Below are positions 1-8,752 of a stretch of DNA of 64,000 bases, piece after piece. Position 1 is the first letter of the stretch. Each line of letters opens with the position of its first letter. Origin of the DNA: Acidobacteriota bacterium (GTDB lineage: Bacteria > Acidobacteriota > UBA6911 > RPQK01 > JAJDTT01); contig OY764083.1 in assembly GCA_963668095.1 (NCBI GenBank), positions 1,521,085-1,585,084 on the forward strand. Direction: 5' to 3'. The position numbers were made by a program, and so were the translations under genes. The notes under the pieces are model-generated. The model saw only the letters and a list, made by a program, of their open reading frames with translations. It made no database searches and was not told the DNA's origin.

Positions 1-801
1 GTGGCCTTCGTGGGATTCGTGGATGCGGAGGTGCCCTGGTTCGGTTTCAGCCGGGAGGCTGGAGAAAACATACGAGCCTCGAACCTGCTGGTGGCCGCCT
101 GGTATGTGGTCTTCACCCTGCCCTTGTTGTTCTGGGTTCGGGAGGTCCAGCCTCGATCCCCGTTGTCGTCCCGAATGCTGCTGTCCTCCTTCCGGCATCT
201 GGCCGTCGCCTTCCGCGACGTGCGCCGCTACCGGGAGATCACCAAGCTCCTCCTGGCCCGGCTGATGTACAACGACGGTCTGGTGACCATCTTCGCGTTC
301 GGCGGGATCTATGCCACGGGGACATTCGGCTTCACTTTCTCGGAACTGATGATCTTCGGGCTGGCCCTGAACGTGGCGGCCGGCGTCGGCGCCTTCTTCC
401 TGGGGCACCTGGACGACCGGATCGGAGGAAAGCGGACCATCCAGATCAGCCTCTGTGGGCTTATCATCGCCGCCCTCGTCGCCATCCTGACCACCAGCCG
501 CCTCATGTTTTGGGGCGCCTGCATCCTGGTCGGCATCTGCTCCGGTCCCAACCAATCCGCCAGCCGTTCCCTCCTGGGCCGTTTCGTCCCCCGGGAGAAG
601 GAGAACGAGTTCTACGGCCTGTTCGCCTTCTCGGGCAAAGCGACCGCGTTTCTGGGACCCTTCCTGGTGGGCGTGTTGACCAGCCATTTCGATTCCCAGA
701 GGGTGGGCATGTCGACCATGCTCTTCTTTTTCGCCGCCGGGCTCTGGCTCCTTCGCTACGTGGACGAAGAAAAGGGCTGCCGGGAGTCGGGAAGGAACTG
801 A
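1..801 (+). CDS. MFS transporter, 5'-partial (UMF1/Atg22-like)
   Basis: The ORF is open to the window start and the translation shows multiple hydrophobic helices with MFS-like loops. The stop is at 799-801. Confidence 0.65.
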   Translation: MAFVGFVDAEVPWFGFSREAGENIRASNLLVAAWYVVFTLPLLFWVREVQPRSPLSSRMLLSSFRHLAVAFRDVRRYREITKLLLARLMYNDGLVTIFAFGGIYATGTFGFTFSELMIFGLALNVAAGVGAFFLGHLDDRIGGKRTIQISLCGLIIAALVAILTTSRLMFWGACILVGICSGPNQSASRSLLGRFVPREKENEFYGLFAFSGKATAFLGPFLVGVLTSHFDSQRVGMSTMLFFFAAGLWLLRYVDEEKGCRESGRN

Positions 802-905
802 CGCGGATACAAGACGGGTGGAGTTCGACATCCCCGGTGGGACCGGGTTATCCTTTCGCGGGTTTGTGATTCCGGTTTTTTTAAAAACAGTGTGAGGAGA
901 GATTC

Positions 906-2237
906 ATGACTCAGAGCGTCGCCACGATAGCGGAGAGTTTTCGAGCCCGGACGGCTCGGTCGCGCGAACTGTACGAGGGAGGGACCTCGTATACGGCGGG
1001 TCCGGCCAAGGGAGCGTACTACTACCGTCCCTATCCTCTCACCATGGACCGGGGAGAGGGCACCCGTCTCTGGGACGTGGACGGGAACGAATACCTGGAT
1101 TGCGCCAATCACCACACGGCCCAGGTGCTCGGGCACAACCATCCTCGAGTGATGGAGGCCGTCTACGCCCAGATTCCCAGGGGCTTGGCCGTGGGCGCTC
1201 CCATGGGGACGGAAGCCCCCATCGCCGAGGAGATGTGCCGAAGGGTCGACTCTCTGGACCGTATCCGCTTCGTCAATTCGGGAACCGAAGCCACTCTGCA
1301 CGCGATTCGGCTGGCCCGCGGATTTACCGGGAAGACGAAGATCGCCAAGTTCGAAGGGGGCTATCACGGCAGTCATGATCCGGTGGAGGTCAGTGTCGCG
1401 CCGCCTCTGGCCAAGGCCGGTCCGGCCCATGCGCCCAACTCCGTTCCGGGGGCGGGAGGAAGTTCCCCCAGCGTGGCCGATGAGGTCTTGATCCTGCCCT
1501 ACAACGACGAAGAGGCGGTGGAACGGCTCATCCTGGAGAACCGCGAAGATCTGGCCTGCGTCATCTTCGATCCCAAGTGCGGGATCCTGCGCATCCGTCC
1601 CGATTTTGCCCAGGCGGTCCGACGGATCACCCGGGAGAACGGCGTCCTCCTCATCTTTGACGAGATCGTCGCTTTCCGCTCGGCTCCGGGAGGACTCCAG
1701 GCCGTATTCGACATTGACCCCGACCTGACCTGTTTCGGAAAAATCGTCGGAGGCGGCTTCCCCGTCGGAGCCTTCGGAGGGCGGGCCGACCTCATGGATC
1801 TCCTGGACAGCAGCAAACCGGGAACCGGGTTTTCCCAGAGCGGAACCTTCAGCGCCCATCCCCTGGCCATGGCGGCCGGCCTGGCGATGCTCCAGGAACT
1901 GACGCAAGAGGCGTGCGATCACCTCAATCGGCTGGGGGACCGCCTCACCAACGGCCTCAACCGGATGTTCGCCCGCCAAGGCATCGTCGCCCAGGCCGTG
2001 AATACGGGCTCCGTCTTCAGCATCTACTTCGGCGACCACGAGCTGCGGAACTACCGCGACCTGGCCGCCCTCGACAGCTCACTCGTGGCCCCCACCTTCC
2101 TGGCGCTGCTGGAAGAGGGGTACTTCCTGGGTCACACGCTGGGCATGTGCGCCCTCTCGGTGCCCATGACCGACGACGACATCGACGGACTCATAGAAGC
2201 AACCGGCCGCGCCATCGCCCGAGCCCAAGCCGAATAA
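906..2237 (+). CDS. class-III aminotransferase (glutamate-1-semialdehyde 2,1-aminomutase-like)
   Basis: 443 aa. Sequence stretches typical of PLP class III / HemL-like enzymes include RLWDVDGNEYLDC, VNSGTEA, GGYHGSHD and FDEIV...FGKIVGGGFPVGAFGG. A Shine-Dalgarno-like GGAGAG lies upstream. Confidence 0.85.
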   Translation: MTQSVATIAESFRARTARSRELYEGGTSYTAGPAKGAYYYRPYPLTMDRGEGTRLWDVDGNEYLDCANHHTAQVLGHNHPRVMEAVYAQIPRGLAVGAPMGTEAPIAEEMCRRVDSLDRIRFVNSGTEATLHAIRLARGFTGKTKIAKFEGGYHGSHDPVEVSVAPPLAKAGPAHAPNSVPGAGGSSPSVADEVLILPYNDEEAVERLILENREDLACVIFDPKCGILRIRPDFAQAVRRITRENGVLLIFDEIVAFRSAPGGLQAVFDIDPDLTCFGKIVGGGFPVGAFGGRADLMDLLDSSKPGTGFSQSGTFSAHPLAMAAGLAMLQELTQEACDHLNRLGDRLTNGLNRMFARQGIVAQAVNTGSVFSIYFGDHELRNYRDLAALDSSLVAPTFLALLEEGYFLGHTLGMCALSVPMTDDDIDGLIEATGRAIARAQAE

Positions 2238-2254
2238 AAGCGACTTCCTTGCCG

Positions 2255-2505
2255 CCGAATGGGAGCGGCGGCATCCCTGCCGCCGACAGGGGGGTCTTGG
2301 GGGGACGGCAGTCCCCACTCCGCGTAGCGTCTTCCCAATAGCCGAATCGAAGAACGGGCGATTGGAAATCGCCCCTCCCCTCAGCGGAGCGGCGGCATCC
2401 TTGCCGCCGGCAGGGGGGACTTGGGGGGAACGGCAGTCCCCACCCCGCGTAGCGTCTTCCCAATAGCCGAATCGAAGAACGGGCGATTGGAAATCGCCCC
2501 TCCTA
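2255..2505 (+). repeat. REP-like structured intergenic repeat, two tandem ~120-bp units
   Basis: Unit 1 starts near 2263 and unit 2 near 2383, about 90% identical. Each unit holds three hairpins (ggcggcatccttgccgcc, ggggacggcagtcccc, gggcgattggaaatcgccc). A related copy lies in inverted orientation at 14590-14770. Confidence 0.8.
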
Positions 2506-3561
2506 TCCACTATTGACCACGGTATTCCGATCCTCCCCCTTCAGCGGCAACTCCACCCAGGCGCCGGAGCGCGCGTGGGAGAGGTGAAACCCGGCAATCG
2601 CTTCCAACGTCTCAACCGCTTCCACAGCCGGATAGGGAAAAGACGCGGTCCCCTCCAACCAATCCACGATCTCGCACACCGCCACATCCATCGACGTGGC
2701 TTCGGCCCGGGGACTGGGCCACTCCTCATTCCGGCCGTCCCAATACTCGATCCGCACCTCCTCGCCTCCCGTCGTAGCCCGTCCCTCGGTGCCATTGAAC
2801 CCAATGACCATGGGCACCCGGGCATAGTCGGCGGCATCCACCGTGGTCATCAATCCCCCTTCCAACCGCATCACGCCCCATCCCCCCGGGTCCTGAAACG
2901 CGGGTCCCCGGCAGTCCGGCTTCCCAGCCAGATCCAGCGTCCCCGAGACCGCTTCCACCCGGCGGCCGGTGATGAGCCGGATGGCGTCCAAGACATGGGT
3001 CCCCACGTTCCCCAGCCGCCCGGAGCTCCATTGGGCCGTCACCGAAGTCAACTCCCCCAGACCCCCAGCCGCGATATGATCCCTCAGCCTCCGATAATTG
3101 GGATTGAACCGCCGGTTGTGGTTGATGGCCAGCAACGACCCGGCTTCGTCGCAGGCCTCCACCATGTCGTGACCGTCGGCCGCGGTGTTGGCGATGGGTT
3201 TCTCGCAGAAAATGGCCCGGACCCCCTGCCGTGCAGAGGCCACCGTCATCTCCTTGTGAACCGGGGTATACGTCGCCACACTCACGATGTCGGCATTTTC
3301 CTTCTCCAACATCTCCCGCCAGTCCGCATACGTCCCGATCCCCGTCCGTTCGGTGAACCGTTCCCGGCGTCCCAAATCCCGGCTGCTCCCGGCCACCACC
3401 TCGACCCGGGGATGGTTGGCCAAGGCTTCGATGTGGGTCCCGTCCAGGTCCACCACCAGCTGGCCCAACACGTCTCCGGAAACCTGGTCCGCGCCGCCGA
3501 TGTAGCCGAGACCCATGATCACTGCCCGATGCGATTGATTCGTCATTCGTTTCACTCCCAA
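2503..3561 (-). CDS. Gfo/Idh/MocA family NAD(P)-dependent oxidoreductase
   Basis: 352 aa with an N-terminal Rossmann fold (IMGLGYIGG) and the family motifs EKPIA and AINHNRRFNP. Confidence 0.85.
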   Translation of the reverse strand: MGVKRMTNQSHRAVIMGLGYIGGADQVSGDVLGQLVVDLDGTHIEALANHPRVEVVAGSSRDLGRRERFTERTGIGTYADWREMLEKENADIVSVATYTPVHKEMTVASARQGVRAIFCEKPIANTAADGHDMVEACDEAGSLLAINHNRRFNPNYRRLRDHIAAGGLGELTSVTAQWSSGRLGNVGTHVLDAIRLITGRRVEAVSGTLDLAGKPDCRGPAFQDPGGWGVMRLEGGLMTTVDAADYARVPMVIGFNGTEGRATTGGEEVRIEYWDGRNEEWPSPRAEATSMDVAVCEIVDWLEGTASFPYPAVEAVETLEAIAGFHLSHARSGAWVELPLKGEDRNTVVNSG

Positions 3562-3777
3562 ATGGTTGTCTTACAGTTGTCCAAACCGGCCTCAAGATAC
3601 CGCAAAACGAGGAGGGAGGAGCGGTTGGCCGGTTCTCACTTTTCGTCCCTCTGGTTATGATGGGCCGTTCCATCGACAACAATTCGTCGATCGACTTGGA
3701 AATACTTGTGGAATTCCAGTGGGTTCCGTGTCGATCGCCTGTGGATTCCCTGTGAATCCGCGGCTGGAGGGATTTCC

Positions 3778-5658
3778 ATGACGGCAAAACGAACCTGGTT
3801 GGCGGTGGCTGCGGCCGCCGTCGCCATCGGATTGACTCTCACCTCCCATGCCCGGCCCCCCGAAGGCCCGATTCAGGTCCGGATCTGGAAGAACGTCATG
3901 GTGCCGATGCGAGACGGCGTCCGCCTGGCCACCGACGTCTACCTGCCCAATGGCGAGACCACGCCTCCCGGCCCCTTCCCCACCATCCTCATTCGGCACC
4001 CCTACGGGAAAATCAGGTCCGGCGCGACCGCCGAGTTCTTCACCACCCACGGCTACGCGGCGGCGATTCAGGACACTCGTGGCCGGTACGACTCGGAGGG
4101 GGAATTCTACATCTACGTCAACGAGGGCGAGGACGGATACGACGCCGTGGAATGGATCGCCGCCCAACCCTGGTCCAACGGCGACGTGGGGACCTACGGC
4201 GGATCCTACGGGGCCGCCTGCCAGAACGCTCTGGCGGCCCTGAGACCGCCTCACCTGAGGACCATGTTCGCCTACGTGGGCACCTCCAACTACATCGAGG
4301 ATGGGGCGGGCCGAGGGGGCGCATTCGCCTTGCTGCACAACATGGCCTACGGGTTCCGCCTGGCGCAGTTGGGAAAGGAGGCCGAGTCCGGCGACCCCGA
4401 CCAGAAGGAGGAATCTTCCACCCGCCTGGCCCTGAACCGAGCCAACGAGCAACTGGCGAACTGGCTCATGCGGGCGCCCCTCAAGTCCACCTCGCCGTTG
4501 TCCTGGGCGCCCTCCTACGCCAAGTGGTACGCCGACTGGCGGGCCCATCCCACCTACGACGACTACTGGAAGCAGAACGGTTACAACTTCGAGGAACGCT
4601 ACGCCCAATACCCGGACATCCCCATCTGCTTCATCGGCGGCTGGTACGACATCTTCAAGCGCGGGACCCTGAAGAACTTCCAGGGCCTGTCAGGCCGGCA
4701 GGGTTACGTCCATCTGGAGGTGGGACCCTGGACCCACTCCACCGGACGCACCTACGCCGGGGACGTGGACTTCGGTCCGGAGGTGAAGATGACGCTCAAG
4801 AAGAAGGCGGTGAAATGGTTCGACCAGTTCCTCAAGGGAAAGGACCTGGGCTTGGAGCAGCAGCCTCCAGTCAAGTATTTCGTCATGGGCGCCAAAAAGT
4901 CGAAGCGCAACGAAAAAGGGAGGCTCCAGAGCGGTGGCGCCTGGAAGAGCTCCGAGACATGGCCCCCTGCAGGGAGCCGGCAACTGCGTCTTTATCTGCA
5001 CGGCGACGGCAGCCTTCGCCGCGAGCCGCCTGGCGAACCGGGTACAAGCGGGTTCGAATACGATCCCAGGCGACCGGTGCCCACCATCGGCGGGAACATC
5101 GACTCGGGCAAGCAACTGGTGCGCCGCGGCGCTCACAACCAGACCCCCACCGAGGGAGAATTCGCGGCCACGGACCTGCTGCCCCTCTCTTCCCGCTCCG
5201 ACGTGCTCTCCTTTCAGACGCCGCCCCTCGAGGAGGACCTGGAGATCGCCGGTCCCATGCGGGTGGAGCTCTGGGTCTCCTCCACGGCCAAGGACACCGA
5301 CTTCACGGCCAAGCTCATGGACGTCTATCCGCCCTCTACCGACTATCCGGAGGGGTACGCCATGAACCTGGAGGACGGCATCCTCAGGATGCGCTTCCGG
5401 GAATCCCGGGAACGGGAGCACCTCATGGAGCCGGGCGCCGTCTACCGGATCGAAATCGACCTCTGGGACACGGCCAATCGTTTCCACAAGGGACACCGGG
5501 TCCGCCTGGACGTCTCCAGCAGCAACTTCCCCTTCTATGACGTCAACCCCAATACCGGAGAGTTTCTGGGACGCCACACCCATTTGAAGACCGCAGTGAA
5601 CACGGTCTACCATGCGCCCGATGGAGCTTCGGCGCTGGTCCTGACCGTGCCGGAATAG
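3778..5658 (+). CDS. CocE/NonD family hydrolase (S15 X-Pro dipeptidyl-peptidase-like), secreted
   Basis: A signal peptide (MTAKRTWLAVAAAAVAIGLTLTSHA) is followed by RDGVRLATDVYLP, HPYGK and GGSYGA, the hallmarks of the CocE/NonD alpha/beta-hydrolase plus C-terminal beta-sandwich architecture. The ORF-track start at 3706 is trimmed to the second in-frame Met. Confidence 0.8.
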   Translation: MTAKRTWLAVAAAAVAIGLTLTSHARPPEGPIQVRIWKNVMVPMRDGVRLATDVYLPNGETTPPGPFPTILIRHPYGKIRSGATAEFFTTHGYAAAIQDTRGRYDSEGEFYIYVNEGEDGYDAVEWIAAQPWSNGDVGTYGGSYGAACQNALAALRPPHLRTMFAYVGTSNYIEDGAGRGGAFALLHNMAYGFRLAQLGKEAESGDPDQKEESSTRLALNRANEQLANWLMRAPLKSTSPLSWAPSYAKWYADWRAHPTYDDYWKQNGYNFEERYAQYPDIPICFIGGWYDIFKRGTLKNFQGLSGRQGYVHLEVGPWTHSTGRTYAGDVDFGPEVKMTLKKKAVKWFDQFLKGKDLGLEQQPPVKYFVMGAKKSKRNEKGRLQSGGAWKSSETWPPAGSRQLRLYLHGDGSLRREPPGEPGTSGFEYDPRRPVPTIGGNIDSGKQLVRRGAHNQTPTEGEFAATDLLPLSSRSDVLSFQTPPLEEDLEIAGPMRVELWVSSTAKDTDFTAKLMDVYPPSTDYPEGYAMNLEDGILRMRFRESREREHLMEPGAVYRIEIDLWDTANRFHKGHRVRLDVSSSNFPFYDVNPNTGEFLGRHTHLKTAVNTVYHAPDGASALVLTVPE

Positions 5659-5776
5659 CCGCACAGCCTCCGGCAAGCGGCCCGGCGCAGAGCCGAAGTG
5701 TTACAATCTGCGGGCCGGCGAAACCGGGATCACGCCGGCCACGGCACATTCCACGAAGTTGCGGAGAACACGATCC

Positions 5777-6175
5777 ATGCGAAGATTCACGATTCGACTC
5801 GTCCTGAGCCTGTTCGGCAGCGGCCTGCTCCTGTTGGCCGCCGGCGCCCACGATTGGGAGGCCCCCGAAGAGGCCAAGAAGATGCAGAACCCCCACGCGT
5901 CCACCGACGAAGCCATGACCCTGGCCAGGACCCAATACGACGAGAACTGCAAGTTCTGCCACGGTGAGACCGGCGGGGCGGATGGTCCGGTGGCGGGAAT
6001 GCTCAAAGAAAAGCCCCCTTCGTTCAAAGATGCCGAAGTCATGGCCAAGGTCACCGACGGTGAACTCTTCTGGAAGATCACCAACGGAAAAGACCCCATG
6101 CCCGGCTATCAGAAGAAGCTCTCCGACGAGGAGCGGTGGCAACTGGTGAACCTCATCCGAACCTTCAACAAATGA
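5777..6175 (+). CDS. cytochrome c (class I, single heme)
   Basis: A signal peptide, a single CKFCHGE heme motif and a distal Met in KDPMPGY. The stop overlaps the start of the next gene (ATGA at 6172). Confidence 0.75.
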   Translation: MRRFTIRLVLSLFGSGLLLLAAGAHDWEAPEEAKKMQNPHASTDEAMTLARTQYDENCKFCHGETGGADGPVAGMLKEKPPSFKDAEVMAKVTDGELFWKITNGKDPMPGYQKKLSDEERWQLVNLIRTFNK

Positions 6176-8073
6176 ACCGCCCGTTCGGGATGAAGGTCCC
6201 CATCGACCGCCGTCACTTTCTGAAGACGAGTTCCGCGCTGGCCGCCGTCTGGAGCGCCTGCGCACCCGCCAGGCAAGCTGTGGACCCGGCCGCCCGGGAA
6301 TGGCAGCACTATGGCGGAGACGCCGGCGCCGGCCGCTACTCGCCCCTCGACCAGATCAACCGGACCAACGTGGCCGAGTTGAAGGTGGCCTGGACCTACC
6401 GGACCGGGGACGCCCTCCAGCGTCCGTCCACCACCATCGAGTGCACACCCATCGTGGTGGACGGCCGCATGTACGTCTCCACCGCCACACTTCAGGTGCA
6501 CGCGCTGGATGCGGCCACAGGCCGGAAACTCTGGAGCTTCGACCCCCACGGCGGGAAGCCGCTGCGGGGTTCCCCCGGGGTCAACCGGGGAGTCACCTAC
6601 TGGCAGAACCCGGACCGGACCGACGACCGCCGTATCTTCATGCCGGTCAGGGACATGCTCTATTCCATCGACGCCGGGACCGGGAAGCTGACGCCCGGAT
6701 TCGGCCAGGACGGAGTCATCGACCTGAAGGAAGACTTCGACCACGAAATGACCGGACTTTCCTTCAACTTGACCAGTCCGGTGGTGGCGTACCAGGGCCT
6801 GATCATTGTGGGAGGAGGCGGCGCGGAGGGACCCTACCCGGAGGCGCCGGGCCACATCCGCGGCTACGACGCCGCCACCGGCGAGCGGCGCTGGATCTTC
6901 CACACCACCCCTCGTCCCGGCCAGTTCGGAAACGACACCTGGGAGGGTGACTCGTGGAAGACCACGGGCGGGACCAACAACTGGGGCGGCATGAGCCTGG
7001 ATCCGGCACGGGGCTGGGTCTTCGCCTCCATCGGCTCGCCCGCCTTCGACTTCTACGGGGGCAACCGCAAGGGGGCCAACCTCTTCGGCAACTGCGTCCT
7101 GGCGCTGGACGCCTCCACCGGGGAGCGGAAATGGCACTTCCAGACCGTCCACCACGACGTCTGGGACTACGACCTTCCATGCCAGCCGGCCCTCATCAAC
7201 ATGACCCAGGGCGGAAGGACCTTCGAGGCGGTGGTCCAGCCCACCAAGATGGGGATGATCTTCTTCTTCGATCGGGAGACGGGCAAACCGGTCTTCCCCG
7301 TCGAGGAGCGGCCCATGCCCGCCTCGGACGTTCCAGGCGAGGAGCTGTGGCCGACCCAGCCCTTTCCGGTGAAGCCCCCTCCCCTGTGCCGGCAGGGGTT
7401 CATGCCGGACCAGATCACCGACATCTCCCCCGAAGCCCACGCCCACGTCAAGGAGATCTACGACCGCTCCCGTGTCGGGGCCCTCTACACTCCGCCCAGC
7501 CTTCAGGGGACCATCATCCATCCCGGTTTCCGGGGCGGCGCCCTCTGGGGAGGATGCAGCCACGACCCGGCGGCCAACCGCCTCTTCGTCAACACCAGCG
7601 AATGGACCAACCGCATCACGCTGGCGCCGGCCAAGGAGGATCAGCCCTTCGACTATGCCCTTCCGGAGCGCGCCCTGTTGCAGGACCCGGAGAAATACCC
7701 GGCCATCAAGCCCCCGTGGGGCTACCTGACGGCCATCGATCTGGACTCGGGGGATTTCGCCTGGCGGGTGGTGGCGGGAGAGATTCCGGAGCTGGAGGCG
7801 CGTGGAATCACCGGGACGGGGAGCCCCATGCACGGCGGGACCATCGCCACGGCCGGAGGCCTGATCTTCGTGGGTGGGTCCTTCGACAAGAAGTTCCGGG
7901 CCTACGACTCCGGCAACGGGCGGGTGGTCTGGGAGCATCAATTGAACGCCGGCGGCTTCGCTACCCCGTCCACCTACGAGGCGGAGGGCCGGCAGTATGT
8001 GGTCATTGCCGCCGGGGGCGGCCAGGCCGCTTCCAATTCGGGCGATGAATTCGTGGCCTTCGCGCTGGCTTGA
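6172..8073 (+). CDS. PQQ-dependent dehydrogenase (quinoprotein, 8-bladed propeller)
   Basis: A Tat signal (RRHFLKTSSALAAV) and repeated W-motifs. The DVWDYDLP sequence and overall layout fit glucose/alcohol dehydrogenase type quinoproteins. Confidence 0.85.
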   Translation: MNRPFGMKVPIDRRHFLKTSSALAAVWSACAPARQAVDPAAREWQHYGGDAGAGRYSPLDQINRTNVAELKVAWTYRTGDALQRPSTTIECTPIVVDGRMYVSTATLQVHALDAATGRKLWSFDPHGGKPLRGSPGVNRGVTYWQNPDRTDDRRIFMPVRDMLYSIDAGTGKLTPGFGQDGVIDLKEDFDHEMTGLSFNLTSPVVAYQGLIIVGGGGAEGPYPEAPGHIRGYDAATGERRWIFHTTPRPGQFGNDTWEGDSWKTTGGTNNWGGMSLDPARGWVFASIGSPAFDFYGGNRKGANLFGNCVLALDASTGERKWHFQTVHHDVWDYDLPCQPALINMTQGGRTFEAVVQPTKMGMIFFFDRETGKPVFPVEERPMPASDVPGEELWPTQPFPVKPPPLCRQGFMPDQITDISPEAHAHVKEIYDRSRVGALYTPPSLQGTIIHPGFRGGALWGGCSHDPAANRLFVNTSEWTNRITLAPAKEDQPFDYALPERALLQDPEKYPAIKPPWGYLTAIDLDSGDFAWRVVAGEIPELEARGITGTGSPMHGGTIATAGGLIFVGGSFDKKFRAYDSGNGRVVWEHQLNAGGFATPSTYEAEGRQYVVIAAGGGQAASNSGDEFVAFALA

Positions 8074-8584
8074 GCCGGGTTCCCGGGGCCGGCGCCTGGG
8101 AGCCGCGGTGTTGGTTCTGGTCCTGGGCGCCCTGTCCGGGGCGGCCCGCTCGGAGGACAAGGCGCCGGAGCCTCAGCCCATCCCCTTCAGCCACAAGGTC
8201 CATGCGGCCGCGGGCTTGAAGTGTGCCTTCTGCCACCCCATCGAGGAACCGGGGTTCTCGGCGGGACTGCCCGCCGAGTCCAAGTGCATGGTCTGCCACA
8301 CCGCCGTCAAGAGCGACAGTCCGGACATCCTGAAGCTGGCTAAAGCCGCCAAAGCGGGCGAGACGATCCCCTGGGTGCGGATCTACCGGGTGCCCGACTA
8401 CGTCTGGTTCTCACACGCCTTGCACGCCGTGGACGCCGAGATCGAATGCGCCGCCTGTCACGGCCCGGTGGCGACGCGGGAGGTGTTGGTGCAGGAGAAG
8501 CCGACATCGATGGAGTCCTGCATGGATTGCCACGCCGCGCAGAAAGCTTCCAACGGCTGCGAAGTTTGTCACCTGCGGCAGTAG
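8045..8584 (+). CDS. multi-heme cytochrome c (5 CxxCH)
   Basis: Five heme-binding motifs: CAFCH, CMVCH, CAACH, CMDCH and CEVCH. There is an N-terminal hydrophobic signal. The start is uncertain (ATG at 8045 or GTG at 8108) and overlaps the end of the upstream PQQ dehydrogenase. Confidence 0.7.
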   Translation: MNSWPSRWLEPGSRGRRLGAAVLVLVLGALSGAARSEDKAPEPQPIPFSHKVHAAAGLKCAFCHPIEEPGFSAGLPAESKCMVCHTAVKSDSPDILKLAKAAKAGETIPWVRIYRVPDYVWFSHALHAVDAEIECAACHGPVATREVLVQEKPTSMESCMDCHAAQKASNGCEVCHLRQ

Positions 8585-8752
8585 TGGCACCCCTTGTGGG
8601 TGCCCTCTTCCGCCTCACCTGCCGTCACACGGCCGGAGGGCGACCACAAGGGTCGCCCCTGCGATGCGAAGGCCCGATGGCGGGCAGCTTGGCATTGGGG
8701 CCAGGTCGCCCCTACTTTCACCGTCCACCGCAGAATGGCAATATACAGAACC

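Noticed and set aside
756-2039. Long antisense and alternative-frame ORFs inside confidently called genes (for example 756..2039-, 2575..3660+, 2726..3787-, 4152..5540+, 6109..8160-, 6954..8048+, 11800..12729-, 12874..14352-, 16220..17194-, 49854..51215+, 58457..59818-)
   Set aside because: These are typical high-GC artefacts. They overlap genes with clear family signatures on the other strand or frame, and their translations are low-complexity Arg/Pro/Gly-rich with no recognisable motifs.
2255-2505. Possible CRISPR array
   Set aside because: There are only two tandem repeat units with no unique spacers between them. The units are about 120 bp with multiple internal hairpins and a dispersed inverted relative, which is REP-like rather than CRISPR.
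3706-3777. Upstream extension of the CocE/NonD hydrolase ORF
   Set aside because: The second Met gives a canonical signal peptide. The 24-codon extension lacks a ribosome-binding context and encodes no hydrophobic core.
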